DNA of 64,000 nt from Candidatus Latescibacterota bacterium (GTDB lineage Bacteria; Latescibacterota; CBDEFO01), in NCBI GenBank assembly GCA_965237525.1, contig CBDEFO010000008.1, positions 384,001-448,000 of the forward strand, read 5' to 3'. Both the position numbers and the translations under genes were made by a program. The notes under the pieces are model-generated. The model was given only the letters and a program-made list of their open reading frames with translations. It was not told where the DNA came from and made no database searches. Below are positions 1 through 10,122 of this stretch, piece after piece (position 1 is the stretch's first letter; each line of letters opens with the position of its first letter).

Positions 1-26
1 ACACTGATGAAGCGCTGAAGGCCTGC

Positions 27-227
27 ATGAAAACCTTCATCGGTCACCACTGGGTAACTCACGGACTTTTAGTCCTGACGCTATTTATAGTGTTAGGTCT
101 TGTACTTTCTAACATTAAGGCCGAGGGAAAGTTAGCGTTGGACGCCAAGAAGATGCCCATAGCCATCACAGCGGCGACGCTCATCGGCGGGATAATAATC
201 GTAGGGTTCTACTTGACGCGTTTATGA
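27..227 (+). CDS. Small two-TM membrane protein, probably 5'-truncated by the window edge
   Basis: Two hydrophobic stretches in a 66-aa ORF at the window start. Confidence 0.5.
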   Translation: MKTFIGHHWVTHGLLVLTLFIVLGLVLSNIKAEGKLALDAKKMPIAITAATLIGGIIIVGFYLTRL

Positions 228-320
228 CATGAATAGCCATTCCAAATCCAGAATGTCTTTATTTTCATATAGGAGGTTGCTATCGATACGCCACCCATTG
301 ATGATCGCGACTGGTCGGCA

Positions 321-1127
321 TTGACCCCCGGAGAGCGTATTCGCCAGATTGAAGTCGAGGGTTATCTTGCACTGCCTGATCTGCTAACAGCCGAGCATAT
401 CTCCCGGCTTAAGGCCGAAACCGCTAAATTGGAAACCCAACCTGTGGATTACAGTGTCTACCAGCGGGGATGCCCAAACATTCAGTTTGTGGGCGGTGCC
501 ATTACAGAGTTAACTGCCCACCCACCGACAATATCCTTTCTACGGGAGCTCTTCGGCGATGAAATTATCACTATGTCCTACGGCTACGCCCGTTCCGAAC
601 CCGGTCATCCCGGCATCAGTCTGCATGCAGATGGACAACCTTACGGTACGAAGATCTTCGGCTACGAGGGCAGTGTACCCTATATGGTAAGGGTGCTGTA
701 CTATCTTGAGGACCTCACGCCAGAAGTATCCCCGTTTCGAGTAGTGCCCCGATCTCACCTCTGCATGCACGCCGATGCAAACCCGTACAAACGGTACGAG
801 TCACACCCTGAGGAGGTTATGGTTCCGTTGAAAGCTGGTTCGGCGATGCTTATTAACCATCGGGTTTTTCACGGCAACTACCCCAATACCGGGGATTGGG
901 CACGTGAGATGCTGGCAATTGCCTATCGTCCAGCGTGGGCAGGTCCGATTGAGGAGGTATCTACTTGGGATCCGGACGATCTGGCCAAGTTGCCAGATGC
1001 CCTGCGTCAGTTGTATGCCGATCCCAATACTCGTCATTGGGATTTCTACGGTGGCAACAAACCTCCCAATATGGCGAGCCAAGCTCCGGGTATGAACCCC
1101 AGCCGTTGGCAAGACGACACGGATTAG
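321..1127 (+). CDS. Phytanoyl-CoA dioxygenase (PhyH) family Fe(II)/2OG oxygenase
   Basis: EGYLALPDLL N-terminus, HxD (LHADG), VVPRSH, distal His (VFHGN). The frame is open back to an ATC at 282 behind AGGAGG (271-276). Confidence 0.85.
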   Translation: MTPGERIRQIEVEGYLALPDLLTAEHISRLKAETAKLETQPVDYSVYQRGCPNIQFVGGAITELTAHPPTISFLRELFGDEIITMSYGYARSEPGHPGISLHADGQPYGTKIFGYEGSVPYMVRVLYYLEDLTPEVSPFRVVPRSHLCMHADANPYKRYESHPEEVMVPLKAGSAMLINHRVFHGNYPNTGDWAREMLAIAYRPAWAGPIEEVSTWDPDDLAKLPDALRQLYADPNTRHWDFYGGNKPPNMASQAPGMNPSRWQDDTD

Positions 1128-1345
1128 CAATTGGGCTACTTCATCTTACAGTAGAAGGAAGAATAAGACTTATCCTAGTCGGATGCGGGTATGCAGGTAA
1201 GACGACCTTAGTCAGCCAGATTTAAATGAGAATAGAGAACTATATTGATATCTTTTCATCTTTTGTTCCTTAAGATTCTGACACATGTTTCCACAAGCAA
1301 ATAATATTAGAAAGGACGCAACCTGAGCAGATTGGAGATTAAGCT

Positions 1346-2107
1346 ATGGCCCGTAAGAAAGTCCTGATCACCGGCATGAGTGGCCTGATCGGCGGCGTTG
1401 TACGCCAGCATTTAGAGGGTCAATATGAGATGAGCGCGCTGAACCGAAGCGATGTGCCGGGGGTGGCATGCCATCGGGCAGACATCGCCGATCTGGAGGC
1501 GATTTTGCCCGCGTTTGAAGGGAAGGATACAGTCGTACACCTGGCGGCGTTCGCACAGGACAATGCATCCTGGGATGAGGTTCTTCCCCACAATGTGATT
1601 GGAACCTACAATGTCTTTGAGGCATCCCGCCGGTCAGGAGTTAAACGGATCATCTTCGCCAGCAGCGGAGCCGCCACATCGGGATGCGAGCAGGAGATGC
1701 CCTACAGGGCACTGGTCGAGGGGCTCTACGACGAGGTGCCGGAGACCTGGGAGAAGATGATGACCCATCAGTCGCTGACCCGGCCGAACGGTCTCTACGG
1801 CTGCAGCAAGGTCTGGGGGGAGACTCTGGCCAGACACTTCACGGACACCTCCGATCTTTCTATCATCTGCCTGCGCATCGGCGCTGTCAACAGTGTAGAC
1901 CGCCCATTTGAGCCCCGACACTTTTCGGTCTGGTGCAGCCAGCGCGACATCAGCCAACTGGTGGAACGGTGTATCGAGGCACCAGACAGCCTCCGCTTCG
2001 ATATCTTTTACGCTGTGTCGAACAACAAGTGGAGCTACCGCGATGTGGAACACGCCCGCAAGGTGCTCGGCTTTGTGCCTCAGGATGCGGCTGAGGATCA
2101 TCGCTAA
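1346..2107 (+). CDS. NAD-dependent epimerase/dehydratase (extended SDR, uronate dehydrogenase-like)
   Basis: ITGMSGLIG Rossmann motif, VHLAA, YGCSK catalytic YxxxK, CLRIG. Confidence 0.88.
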   Translation: MARKKVLITGMSGLIGGVVRQHLEGQYEMSALNRSDVPGVACHRADIADLEAILPAFEGKDTVVHLAAFAQDNASWDEVLPHNVIGTYNVFEASRRSGVKRIIFASSGAATSGCEQEMPYRALVEGLYDEVPETWEKMMTHQSLTRPNGLYGCSKVWGETLARHFTDTSDLSIICLRIGAVNSVDRPFEPRHFSVWCSQRDISQLVERCIEAPDSLRFDIFYAVSNNKWSYRDVEHARKVLGFVPQDAAEDHR

Positions 2108-2337
2108 GAGCCCATTGCGAAAAATCCATTGGCCATTTTGGCAATCCTTGAACTTAGCCGAAATCTCGGCGAACAGCAAGTGGAGAAGAACAGTTAGCTG
2201 CCAGGAAAGTGAGGGCATCCTCTCGGGAACTGCTCACCGACCAGGAAAATCCGGGCATTCTACCAGAAGACGAGGGAGCTGGGGATGACCATCTTCTTCA
2301 TCGGCACAAGTAGCATCACCTGAAGGATTCCGTTGAT

Positions 2338-2358
2338 CTCCGATTGAACCTATCGGGG
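2338..2358. repeat. 21-bp palindromic repeat, copy 1 of 4 (consensus CCCCGATAGATTCAATCGGGG)
   Basis: CTCCGATTGAACCTATCGGGG; related copies at 3267, 4397 and 5231. Confidence 0.75.
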
Positions 2359-2471
2359 GGATCGAGTGCTGAATCTGACTCGACACTATTTGGACACCAA
2401 GAAGAAAAAGAGAAGCACTTAGCGAGGAAGTGAGCTCTTCTAAGTGCTTTATTTCAGCGAAGATATAGGGA

Positions 2472-2544
2472 AGCCGGCGATCGGACTCGAACCGATGACC
2501 TGCTCATTACGAGTGAGCTGCTCTCCCAGCTGAGCTACGCCGGC
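2472..2544 (-). tRNA. tRNA-Thr(CGT)
   Basis: Reverse complement GCCGGCGTAGCTCAGCTGGGAGAGCAGCTCACTCGTAATGAGCAGGTCATCGGTTCGAGTCCGATCGCCGGCT: acceptor stem, D arm, anticodon arm GCTCA-CT-CGT-AA-TGAGC, TTCGA T-loop. Confidence 0.96.
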
Positions 2545-2567
2545 CTTATCTTACCAAACAATAGGTA

Positions 2568-2603
2568 GTACACAGGACACCTCCTCCCCTGCACGCTGTC
2601 TAC
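2568..2603. repeat. GTAGACAG...CTGTCTAC REP-like element
   Basis: Closely matches the reverse complement of 53948-53985; a related copy lies at 34918-34974. Confidence 0.65.
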
Positions 2604-2901
2604 CTGTTGTGCACCTCATCCGCACTCAATGATTATGACCATAGCAATCAATGCCCCCGTGATCACAGAGAAGATAGTGCGATTCTTCCAGTTAGGCTCA
2701 GCGGTTTCCACGATCAAGTGCATCAGATAGTCTATTAAGCGTACCAGAATGTGGTGGCGGGCTCCAAAAGATTTCATCACGTCTTTTCCCCAGAAAGCTC
2801 TTCGACCACTGGAGAAAGGGCTGGCAGAAATGCACACAGTGCCCACAAGACCTTTTTGGGGGGGCCATCCGGCTTGAAGACTCTCCAACGATCATAGATG
2901 T

Positions 2902-3231
2902 TCAGTCATCTGTCCCTCGGTGGAGGTGACCTTTTCGCTTTTTACCGTTGAGTTCGTCTTCTAAGTAGATTCCCCTGAATTCCTCGTTATAGATCTCGAG
3001 GATCGTATGTTCGTCACCCATTTTGGTGCACACAAGGTCGCCAGGGCCCACATCATATTCGACTCCTTCTGTTACAATGCGGGCTCGACCGTCTATGATC
3101 AGCCAACATTCGTTGCAGTCGTGATAGTGTAGTTCTATGTTCTGACCCTTCTTGAGAGTGAATACACCGTAGGAACTTAATGACACCCAGTCGGGTTTAG
3201 AATCTGTATCCCCTCGTTTGACAACAGGCAT
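2902..3231 (-). CDS. Cupin domain protein
   Basis: LHYHDCNECW and GDEH cupin metal motifs; ATG at 3231 behind a G-rich RBS. Confidence 0.85.
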   Translation of the reverse strand: MPVVKRGDTDSKPDWVSLSSYGVFTLKKGQNIELHYHDCNECWLIIDGRARIVTEGVEYDVGPGDLVCTKMGDEHTILEIYNEEFRGIYLEDELNGKKRKGHLHRGTDD

Positions 3232-3266
3232 TTTACCCCCTTTGCATCTTTTCCCAGAGAGTTCTT

Positions 3267-3287
3267 CCCCGATAGATTCAATCGGGG
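3267..3287. repeat. 21-bp palindromic repeat, copy 2
   Basis: CCCCGATAGATTCAATCGGGG. Confidence 0.8.
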
Positions 3288-3581
3288 ATGGCCCATAAGC
3301 GTCAAAAAATACGTTCACTTCTATGTCTGTTGTTCATTATTAAAGTACTATATTGAGAAGACAAAATCAAGTTAAAACTTAGATGCGACCAAAACTGTTT
3401 ACAAATAACAGCTATTAGCATTTTTCTTGACAGATCCTATCGATTTTCTTATCATGTCCTGAGCGGGCTCAACATCTTATGCGTCATCACGAAGCATATC
3501 GTTGATCTTATTTCCCCCACGCGGCCCGCAAGGAAAAAGTTTTTCAATACTTCTTGCGGAACCTCAACAAAGGAACATCTA

Positions 3582-3809
3582 ATGGCAAAGTCCCTTTGGG
3601 ATAAATTTATGGAAAGCCTTACAGAGGAAGAAAAAGCTATATGGGAAAGGTGGGAGGAAGCTACACAAGAGACACCTGATGAGTTGTCGAAAGACGAGAG
3701 GAGAGCGGCAGCAAGTGGCGGGATTACGTCAGAGGATATGAAAGTGCTGGACAGATTGAGAGAAAGATGGGAAGAGTTGATGTGGGAGGATCTCGAGGAT
3801 GAAGATTAG
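3582..3809 (+). CDS. Small acidic hypothetical protein
   Basis: AAGGA RBS, 75-aa Glu/Trp-rich helical ORF. Confidence 0.6.
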   Translation: MAKSLWDKFMESLTEEEKAIWERWEEATQETPDELSKDERRAAASGGITSEDMKVLDRLRERWEELMWEDLEDED

Positions 3810-3871
3810 TCAAGTCAAACACATTTCATGTTGCGATTTTACAAAGAGTCGTGTGCAGAAGATAGGAGGAG

Positions 3872-5213
3872 ATGATGAACGTTATTTTCATCGCTGTAGA
3901 CTCGTTACGGCAGGATCATGTAAGTTTCTACGGCTGGGACAATTGCCCTGTGGAGACACCTAACTTCGACAGGTTTGCAAGAGAGAGCATCGTCTTTGAA
4001 AACTGCTATCCTGAAGCGCTGCCCACCATCCCAGTTCGCACACAGTGGAAGACGGGACAGTTGCCACTATACTTTCAGACGAGGGCTATCTAACCGCCCT
4101 TTTTACCGATTGCTACCACTATTTTAAACCGAACTGTAATTTCCACCGGGATTTTAGGGTGTGGAGATGGATTCGAGGGCAGGAGTATGATCCCTATCGT
4201 TCAGGACCTTTGAAAAAATTCAAGCTCCAAGACTTCATCAACGACAAATTCCCTGACCGCGCCAAAGGCGGAATCATCTGGAGAAATCTGGTGGAGACGT
4301 GTTTGATTAACATCGAACCTTCGAGACGGGTGATGATCACTTCTGCGCTCAGTTGGTCTCTCAAGCCTCCGAGTGGCTTGAGGGTAATGAGTTGACCCTC
4401 GATAGATTCAATCGGGGGAACGATAGAGAGATATTTATGTGGGTCGACTCTTTCGATCCGCATGAACCCTGGACGCCGCCGCCAGAATTCGATAAATATA
4501 CCGACCCGGATTACAAAGGGAAACGATACATTTTGCCGCCTGGTGGTCCTTCTTCGGATTACTTCACAGAAGAGGAGATAAACTGCATACGCGGTTTATA
4601 CGCAGGAGAGGTAGCCTACGTGGATCATTATATAGGCAAACTGTTATACAAACTCGAGGAGTTGGGCTATTTCGATAACTCCCTCATAATCCTTATTTCA
4701 GATCATGGACATCCGCTCTCAGATCACGGTAAATTCCTCAAGGGTCCAGACAGGATGTACAACGAATTGTTGAAAGTGATGTTTATGATCCGCTTTCCGA
4801 AGGCAGAGTACGGTGGACAGAGATTGGACGCACTATCTCAGTTCCACGACATCCTCCCTACAATCCTGGATGCGATAGGGCTTAGGAATAACCTTGAGAC
4901 ACTTCAGGGACGGAGTCTGATGCCCCTGATAAAAGGCGAGACAAAAGAGTTCAGAGAGGCGATCGTTACGGGTTATCACGACGCTGCTGACCGCTGTATC
5001 AGAGACAAGGTATGGAGCTATATCCGCCGCCCCGATCCTGACGAGTTGTACAACCTCATAGACGACCCTCTCGAAAGGGTGAATCTCATAGACGATTATC
5101 CTCAGGAGGCTGTCAAATTGGCGTCGCTATTCGGATCGTCGTATGCCATAAGTGGAGAGCCAATTAAGGGAATCCAGGGACGCTACGAGATAGAAGGATC
5201 GGCAGCTGAATAA
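3872..5213 (+). pseudogene. Sulfatase-like hydrolase, split across three frames
   Basis: IAVDSLRQDH, TPNFD, FDPHEPW, YAGEV, ISDHG and ELYNL motifs lie in three ORFs; breaks near 4060 (apparent deletion) and 4320. Confidence 0.85.
4397..4417. repeat. 21-bp palindromic repeat, copy 3 (inside sulfatase coding sequence)
   Basis: CCTCGATAGATTCAATCGGGG, read in frame as part of TLDRFNRG. Confidence 0.75.
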
Positions 5214-5230
5214 AAGAGGGATCGGTCAAT

Positions 5231-5251
5231 CCCCGATTGAATCTATCGGGG
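5231..5251. repeat. 21-bp palindromic repeat, copy 4
   Basis: CCCCGATTGAATCTATCGGGG, the exact reverse complement of copy 2. Confidence 0.8.
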
Positions 5252-5350
5252 ATCAATTAGAAAACCAAGGTTATTTCAAAGATGAAACGATTGCTAACTT
5301 TCCTGAGCACGGTGTTTATTCCGCTTTCGTTTAGTTGAGGAAGGACGCAT

Positions 5351-6319
5351 ATGTATGCCCATCTAAAAGAAGACAACGTAATTCTCGATGATCCCGAGCA
5401 GCTGCGCTCGACCATAAACGAGCGCGGTTATCTCTTCTTCCGCCGGCTGTTCGACCCGGTGAGGGCGCTCCAACTAAAGAGTGATATGATGTCTCAATTG
5501 CGGTCCCACTTTTTCATCGAGGATGATGGATCGACCGACCCGATGTGGAGCGGGGGGCCACATCCTACCGAAGAGGAGTGGATGGTGATCTATGGCAAGC
5601 TGGTAGAGCTTCCATCTTTGCGAGTTCTGGCCTACACCCCCGATGTGATCCAGGTGATGCAGCACTTGGTAGGTGGGCCGGTAAGGGTATGGAAACAAAG
5701 GATAACCCGGTGCATCTATCCCGACCCCAACAGCACAGTCGCTCGCGGCGCCGGCGCTCATCAGGATGCTAACCCCGCTTTTGGTTACCATGCGGATGAC
5801 TTTTATACTTGCTGGTACCCGCTAATGGACATCGACCGGTCGATTGGCGGTCTGGCAGTCGCGCCCAACTCAAACAAGTACGGCCTGATCGAGCACAAGG
5901 GAATCGTTGCCAGCTCGCAGAATCTGGAAAAGAAGCGCGTGGCGGCGGTGGTCGTCCCCGAAGATCTTACCTGGGCGACGAGTGAATACCATCCCGGCGA
6001 TGCAGTCATCTTCTACTGCCGGACCGTGCATCAGGGTATGCCCAACCACTCCGATCGAATCCGGCTCTCGGTTGATTGTCGCTACCAACAGAAAGGCCTC
6101 CATGTCACCTGGTTGGCCCGGGCTACGGCGAAACAGACCAGGCGGATGGGCCAGCGTATCGATGCTACTCTGTCCAGTCGGGCCTATTGGATCCGGACGA
6201 GGGCCGGGGATGATGTGCTCGAGGCAGTCCGCACCCGTATGATGGAAGAGGGAAATCCGAGTCTAGATCGAGCCGTCGAGTTGGTGACCGAGATACGGAA
6301 TCAAGAGTCACATAGCTAG
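5351..6319 (+). CDS. PhyH family Fe(II)/2OG dioxygenase
   Basis: ERGYLFFR, HxD (AHQDA), WYPLMD, GGLAVAPNS, TVHQG, RLSVDCRY. Confidence 0.85.
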   Translation: MYAHLKEDNVILDDPEQLRSTINERGYLFFRRLFDPVRALQLKSDMMSQLRSHFFIEDDGSTDPMWSGGPHPTEEEWMVIYGKLVELPSLRVLAYTPDVIQVMQHLVGGPVRVWKQRITRCIYPDPNSTVARGAGAHQDANPAFGYHADDFYTCWYPLMDIDRSIGGLAVAPNSNKYGLIEHKGIVASSQNLEKKRVAAVVVPEDLTWATSEYHPGDAVIFYCRTVHQGMPNHSDRIRLSVDCRYQQKGLHVTWLARATAKQTRRMGQRIDATLSSRAYWIRTRAGDDVLEAVRTRMMEEGNPSLDRAVELVTEIRNQESHS

Positions 6320-6352
6320 CGCTGTGTCAAAGGCGCCTTGACGGACAAATCC

Positions 6353-6376
6353 GTAGGGGCTGGGCAAGCCCAGCCC
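6353..6376. repeat. GTAG-type REP hairpin at a duplication junction
   Basis: GTAG-GGGCTGGGC-AA-GCCCAGCCC, directly before the duplicated sulfatase segment. Confidence 0.6.
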
Positions 6377-6378
6377 AG

Positions 6379-6990
6379 GAGGTAGCCTACGTGGATCATT
6401 ATATAGGCAAACTGTTGTACAAACTCGAGGAGTTGGGCTATTTCGATAACTCCCTCATAATCTTTGTCTTAGATCATGAACATCCTCTTTCAGATCACGG
6501 CAAATTCCTCAAGGGTCCGGACAGGATGTATAACGAATTGTTGAAAGTGATGTTTATGATCCGCTTTCCGCAGGCAGAGTACGGTGGACAGAGATTGGAC
6601 GCACTATCTCAGTTCCGCGACATCCTCCCTACAATCCTGGACGCGATAGGGCTTAAGAACAACCTTGAGACACTTCAGGGACGGAGTCTGATGCCCCCTG
6701 ATAAAAGGCGAGACAAAAGAATTCAGAGAGGCGATCGTTACGGGTCATCACGACGCTGCTGACCGCTGTATCAGAGACAAGGTAGGGAGCTATATTCTCC
6801 GCCCTGATCCCGATCGCGACGAGTTGTACAACCTCATAGACGACCCTGGCGAAAGGGTGAATCTCATAGACGATTATCCGCAGGAGGCTGTCAAATTGCG
6901 TCGCAGTTCGGATCGTCGTATGCCATAAGTGGAAAGCCAATTAAGGGAATTCAGGGACGCTACGAGATAGAAGGGGCGGCGCCTGAATAA
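6379..6990 (+). pseudogene. Partial duplicate of the sulfatase 3' half (copy of about 4608-5213)
   Basis: Near-identical nucleotide sequence with no 5' half, an extra C at about 6697 and further indels. Confidence 0.9.
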
Positions 6991-7059
6991 AACGGTCAAG
7001 TTTAGAATATCAAGGACCGTTATACAAAATCGCATTGAAGCGATATGGGCTTGACGACC

Positions 7060-8500
7060 TCAGACGGGCAACTGCATCTGCGGTTCGCGCCGCAAGCCCG
7101 CCACGCTCGGCGTATTGAACCGCTTGCCTTCGACGATCTCTGCAACGGTGAGCATCTGCATCCTGGGGTAAGGAATGCCCAACACCTCAAGATCGCCCGC
7201 CTCGGCCATGAAGCGGTTGAAGTTCCGCGCCTTTGTCTCGCCTAGCGGCTCCATAATGATGAGCCCGGCCATGAGCGCGTCGTTGTTATCGAGTACGCCC
7301 AGGAGCGAGCGAAGGACGATGATTCCCACGTTCTTTCCGCCCTTGACCTCTATCACAAGGCTTTGCAAGTCTCGCTCGCCTAGGGCAGGCACGGCGAAGT
7401 AAAGGCGGCCGTCGATCCCCTCCGTCACCCGTAGGCCGCGACGTCACGAACCCATCCACCTGTTCGACGACCCACTTCTGAAACTGATACTTGTCGCGCT
7501 TCCATAGATCGCGTGCACCCTCCAGGTTGCGCGGTATGCCTTCGATAACGTAGTCCTTGCCAGCCTCCAGGCCGCAACGCTCCTGCAAGCGCTTTTGCGC
7601 GACTCGCTTGACGGCGTGAATGGCGATGTCAATGCCGATCCATCGCCGCCCAAGATGGTGCGCTGCTTCGAGCGTAGTGGCGCATCCGCAGAATGGGTCT
7701 AACACAAGGTCGCCTGGGTTGCTAGAAGCCTTGATAATGCGCTCTAACAAGGCTACTGGCTTCTGGGTGGCATAACCCATGCGCTCTTTGGATTGCGAGT
7801 GTAGATAGGGCAAATCCCACACATCATCCATTTTGGTGCCGCGCGCAGTATCTCGGCCTCCACGCAAATCCGTCTTGCCGTCAACACTCATAGAACGGTG
7901 GATCGTTTTTTCGCTGTAGGGTTGAAACTGGGTATTGAATACGGCCTGTTTCCCACTGCCATAACGCAATACAGTATCATGCATTCGTTGGAAATGTCTG
8001 TGGCCGGAAGGCCATCTCTTGTAATGCCAGATAATCTCGTTCCCAAAGTTCCGGTGTCCAAATATCGCGTCCATAAACACCTTGATGTAATGGCTGGCCG
8101 TCGGGTCGCAGTGCAGATAAATACTCCCCGTCGGTTTCAAGATTGACTTCATATAGAGCAGGCGTTCAGTCATGTATGATAGATAAGCCAAGAGGCGCGG
8201 CTGTGTGTTGCGCAGCGCAGTCATCCATAACCGCCAGAAATCCACAGTCGCATCGTCAATACCCGCCTCGCGCATCAAAACCGGCATGGTACGTATGGCG
8301 CGTTCGCGGTCGTCATCTAGCTCCCAGGTGTCGCAAAACGCCTCTACCTGATCGGGTAGCGGGCGTCCGGTTTCGTCCTTGTAGATGGCGTTGTAAGATC
8401 GGTTGGAGTTGAACGGCGGATCAAGGTAAATCAGATCCACGCTTGAAAATGGCATGTTCTGCATGATGGCAAGGCAATCGCCGTAGTAAAGCCGGTTCAT
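7060..8500 (-). pseudogene. Beta-class amino-methyltransferase fused to a C-terminal PD-(D/E)XK (Mrr-like) nuclease domain; +1 frameshift at about 7417-7420
   Basis: LIYLDPPF (motif IV), TQKP and LDPFCGCAT (motif I), then GIDG...IEVKGG in another frame; ATG overlaps the transposase TGA. Confidence 0.85.
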
Positions 8501-9372
8501 GCGAAGCACCCGCGCACGAAGGAGCCGAAGGCGTTGTCGTTCTCGCGCTGATTGTACTTGTAGCACGCCTCGGCAATGTAGAGGGGCATGTAGCGAGTGG
8601 AGTAATGATGATGCGACCCGTGCCACGCCCGCTTGATGAGCGACAATACGCCTTCTATCGTGCTCGTGTGGGCGAGACGTTGCGCGTAAGCCTTGCTATG
8701 GTCGATGACCAAGTGCCTAAACGCCCTCTCGATTGCGCGATAGCCCCTGTATTCGTCTGTGAGATCAGAAGGGAACCATCGGGGGTCCACAGTGCTCTTG
8801 ATGAACCGCAGGAGAGCCTTGCCCGTGAGGCCTTTGGCAACCTGCGCAACAACCCGCCCGCCGCGTTCTACAACGCCGACCACCGGGGTCTTACGCGTTC
8901 CGCGTCCGCGCGGGTTATTCCGAGGGGAAGTAGGTGAAACGTGGCGGGGGCGTCCGCCCACATAGGTCTCATCAACTTCGACGATGCCTCGAAGCAGGCC
9001 AGCTTGCGCAGAACCCATCTGCGCTCGGATGCGCACTTGCATGTAAAGAGCGGTGGACTGCACCAAGTTGAGGTCGCGGGCCAGTTGATGACTTGACAGG
9101 CTTTTTTTGGCGTTTACCATGAGGCCAATGCACAGGAACCACTTTTGGAGCGGTATCTTGGTGCCGCAAAAGACGGTGTTAGCTAGAACATTGTAGCTGC
9201 GATGGCAAGCGTGGCAGTTCCACCGGCCTATACGCTCTCCGTCTATCTTGCGCGCCACGCGGACGCTATCACAGTGCGGACAGTGCGGTTCGCTGTGCCA
9301 GCGCACCTTCTCAAGGTGCTCGATGCAGGCTTCCTGATTGGGGTAGCGGCTGAAGATGGTGAGTAAGTTCAT
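8497..9372 (-). CDS. IS1595-family DDE transposase
   Basis: Zn ribbon CPHC...CHAC, SSHQLARDL HTH, EVDETYVGG, TDEY, HTSTIEG, YIAEACYKYN; GGAGGA RBS. Confidence 0.92.
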   Translation of the reverse strand: MNLLTIFSRYPNQEACIEHLEKVRWHSEPHCPHCDSVRVARKIDGERIGRWNCHACHRSYNVLANTVFCGTKIPLQKWFLCIGLMVNAKKSLSSHQLARDLNLVQSTALYMQVRIRAQMGSAQAGLLRGIVEVDETYVGGRPRHVSPTSPRNNPRGRGTRKTPVVGVVERGGRVVAQVAKGLTGKALLRFIKSTVDPRWFPSDLTDEYRGYRAIERAFRHLVIDHSKAYAQRLAHTSTIEGVLSLIKRAWHGSHHHYSTRYMPLYIAEACYKYNQRENDNAFGSFVRGCFA

Positions 9373-9391
9373 GGCTTGTCCTCCTGCATCT

Positions 9392-9420
9392 AATATAGCA
9401 CGCGCCCTACAGAAAGTCAA
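9392..9420 (-). promoter_or_regulatory. Sigma70-type promoter for the element A operon, -35 overlapping the TIR
   Basis: TTGACT-17 bp-TATATT with an extended -10 TG. Confidence 0.65.
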
Positions 9421-9603
9421 GCCCATATCGCTTCAATGCGTAGTATCTAGAAGGACATACGAAGAACTCATACGGTCTGTCAGTCATTATCCTAATCATT
9501 TATGCTTACCCAGATGCAGAAGTATACCTTATTCATGTGTTTAACATCAGAAACAATCAGTCTAGGGAAATACTAGTATCCCTTATAAACGGAGGATAAC
9601 GCC

Positions 9604-9867
9604 ATGATATATGATGACCTTTTAGCCTTATTAGTTAGAATATCCTGTCACTTCCAGTATACTAAGATGAAACTGAGCGAGCTGTATTGCCCAGATGAAC
9701 TGCATGACGCAGATGCACTATTTGCCGATCTCAAACTCAGTGAGAGTATAGCTAACGATATTAAACATAAGCAGGCCGTGTTAGAGGAGGTTGTAAACCA
9801 GTATATAAACGGCATGCGTCTCTCCAAATCTATAATAGACAACGAAGCCAGCGACCCTACTGTCTAA
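9604..9867 (+). CDS. Hypothetical protein
   Basis: GGAGGA RBS, 87-aa ORF in an AT-rich segment. Confidence 0.5.
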   Translation: MIYDDLLALLVRISCHFQYTKMKLSELYCPDELHDADALFADLKLSESIANDIKHKQAVLEEVVNQYINGMRLSKSIIDNEASDPTV

Positions 9868-10122
9868 GATAGATATGGATTCTCCGATAGAAAGGGTAAG
9901 GACACAGACAACTGCCGCCTAGACCTACATGTAGCAACGCTGTTAATCCAGGACCGTCGCCTGATCCTCGATCTGCGGCTGTGCATATGTCAGTCCGAAG
10001 ACGGTATTTCAACACCAATCTGGTCGCTACCCTTAATGCGTGGCATCTATCGCACCGAGGTTCCGTCCCCGTCCCACCAAGTAATCAGACTGCGTTACGC
10101 CTCCTCCCGACTGTTCCCGGTT

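Larger units (their letters stand above)
7031..9440 (-). mobile_element. IS1595-family element A carrying a DNA methyltransferase-nuclease gene
   Basis: Perfect 25-bp TIRs CGCATTGAAGCGATATGGGCTTGAC at 7031-7055 and 9416-9440; flanks TACAAAAT/TAGTATCT show no TSD. Confidence 0.92.

Noticed and set aside
2338..5251. Integron attC sites
   Set aside because: Too short, no RYYYAAC/GTTRRRY boxes, one copy is intragenic, and no integron integrase is present
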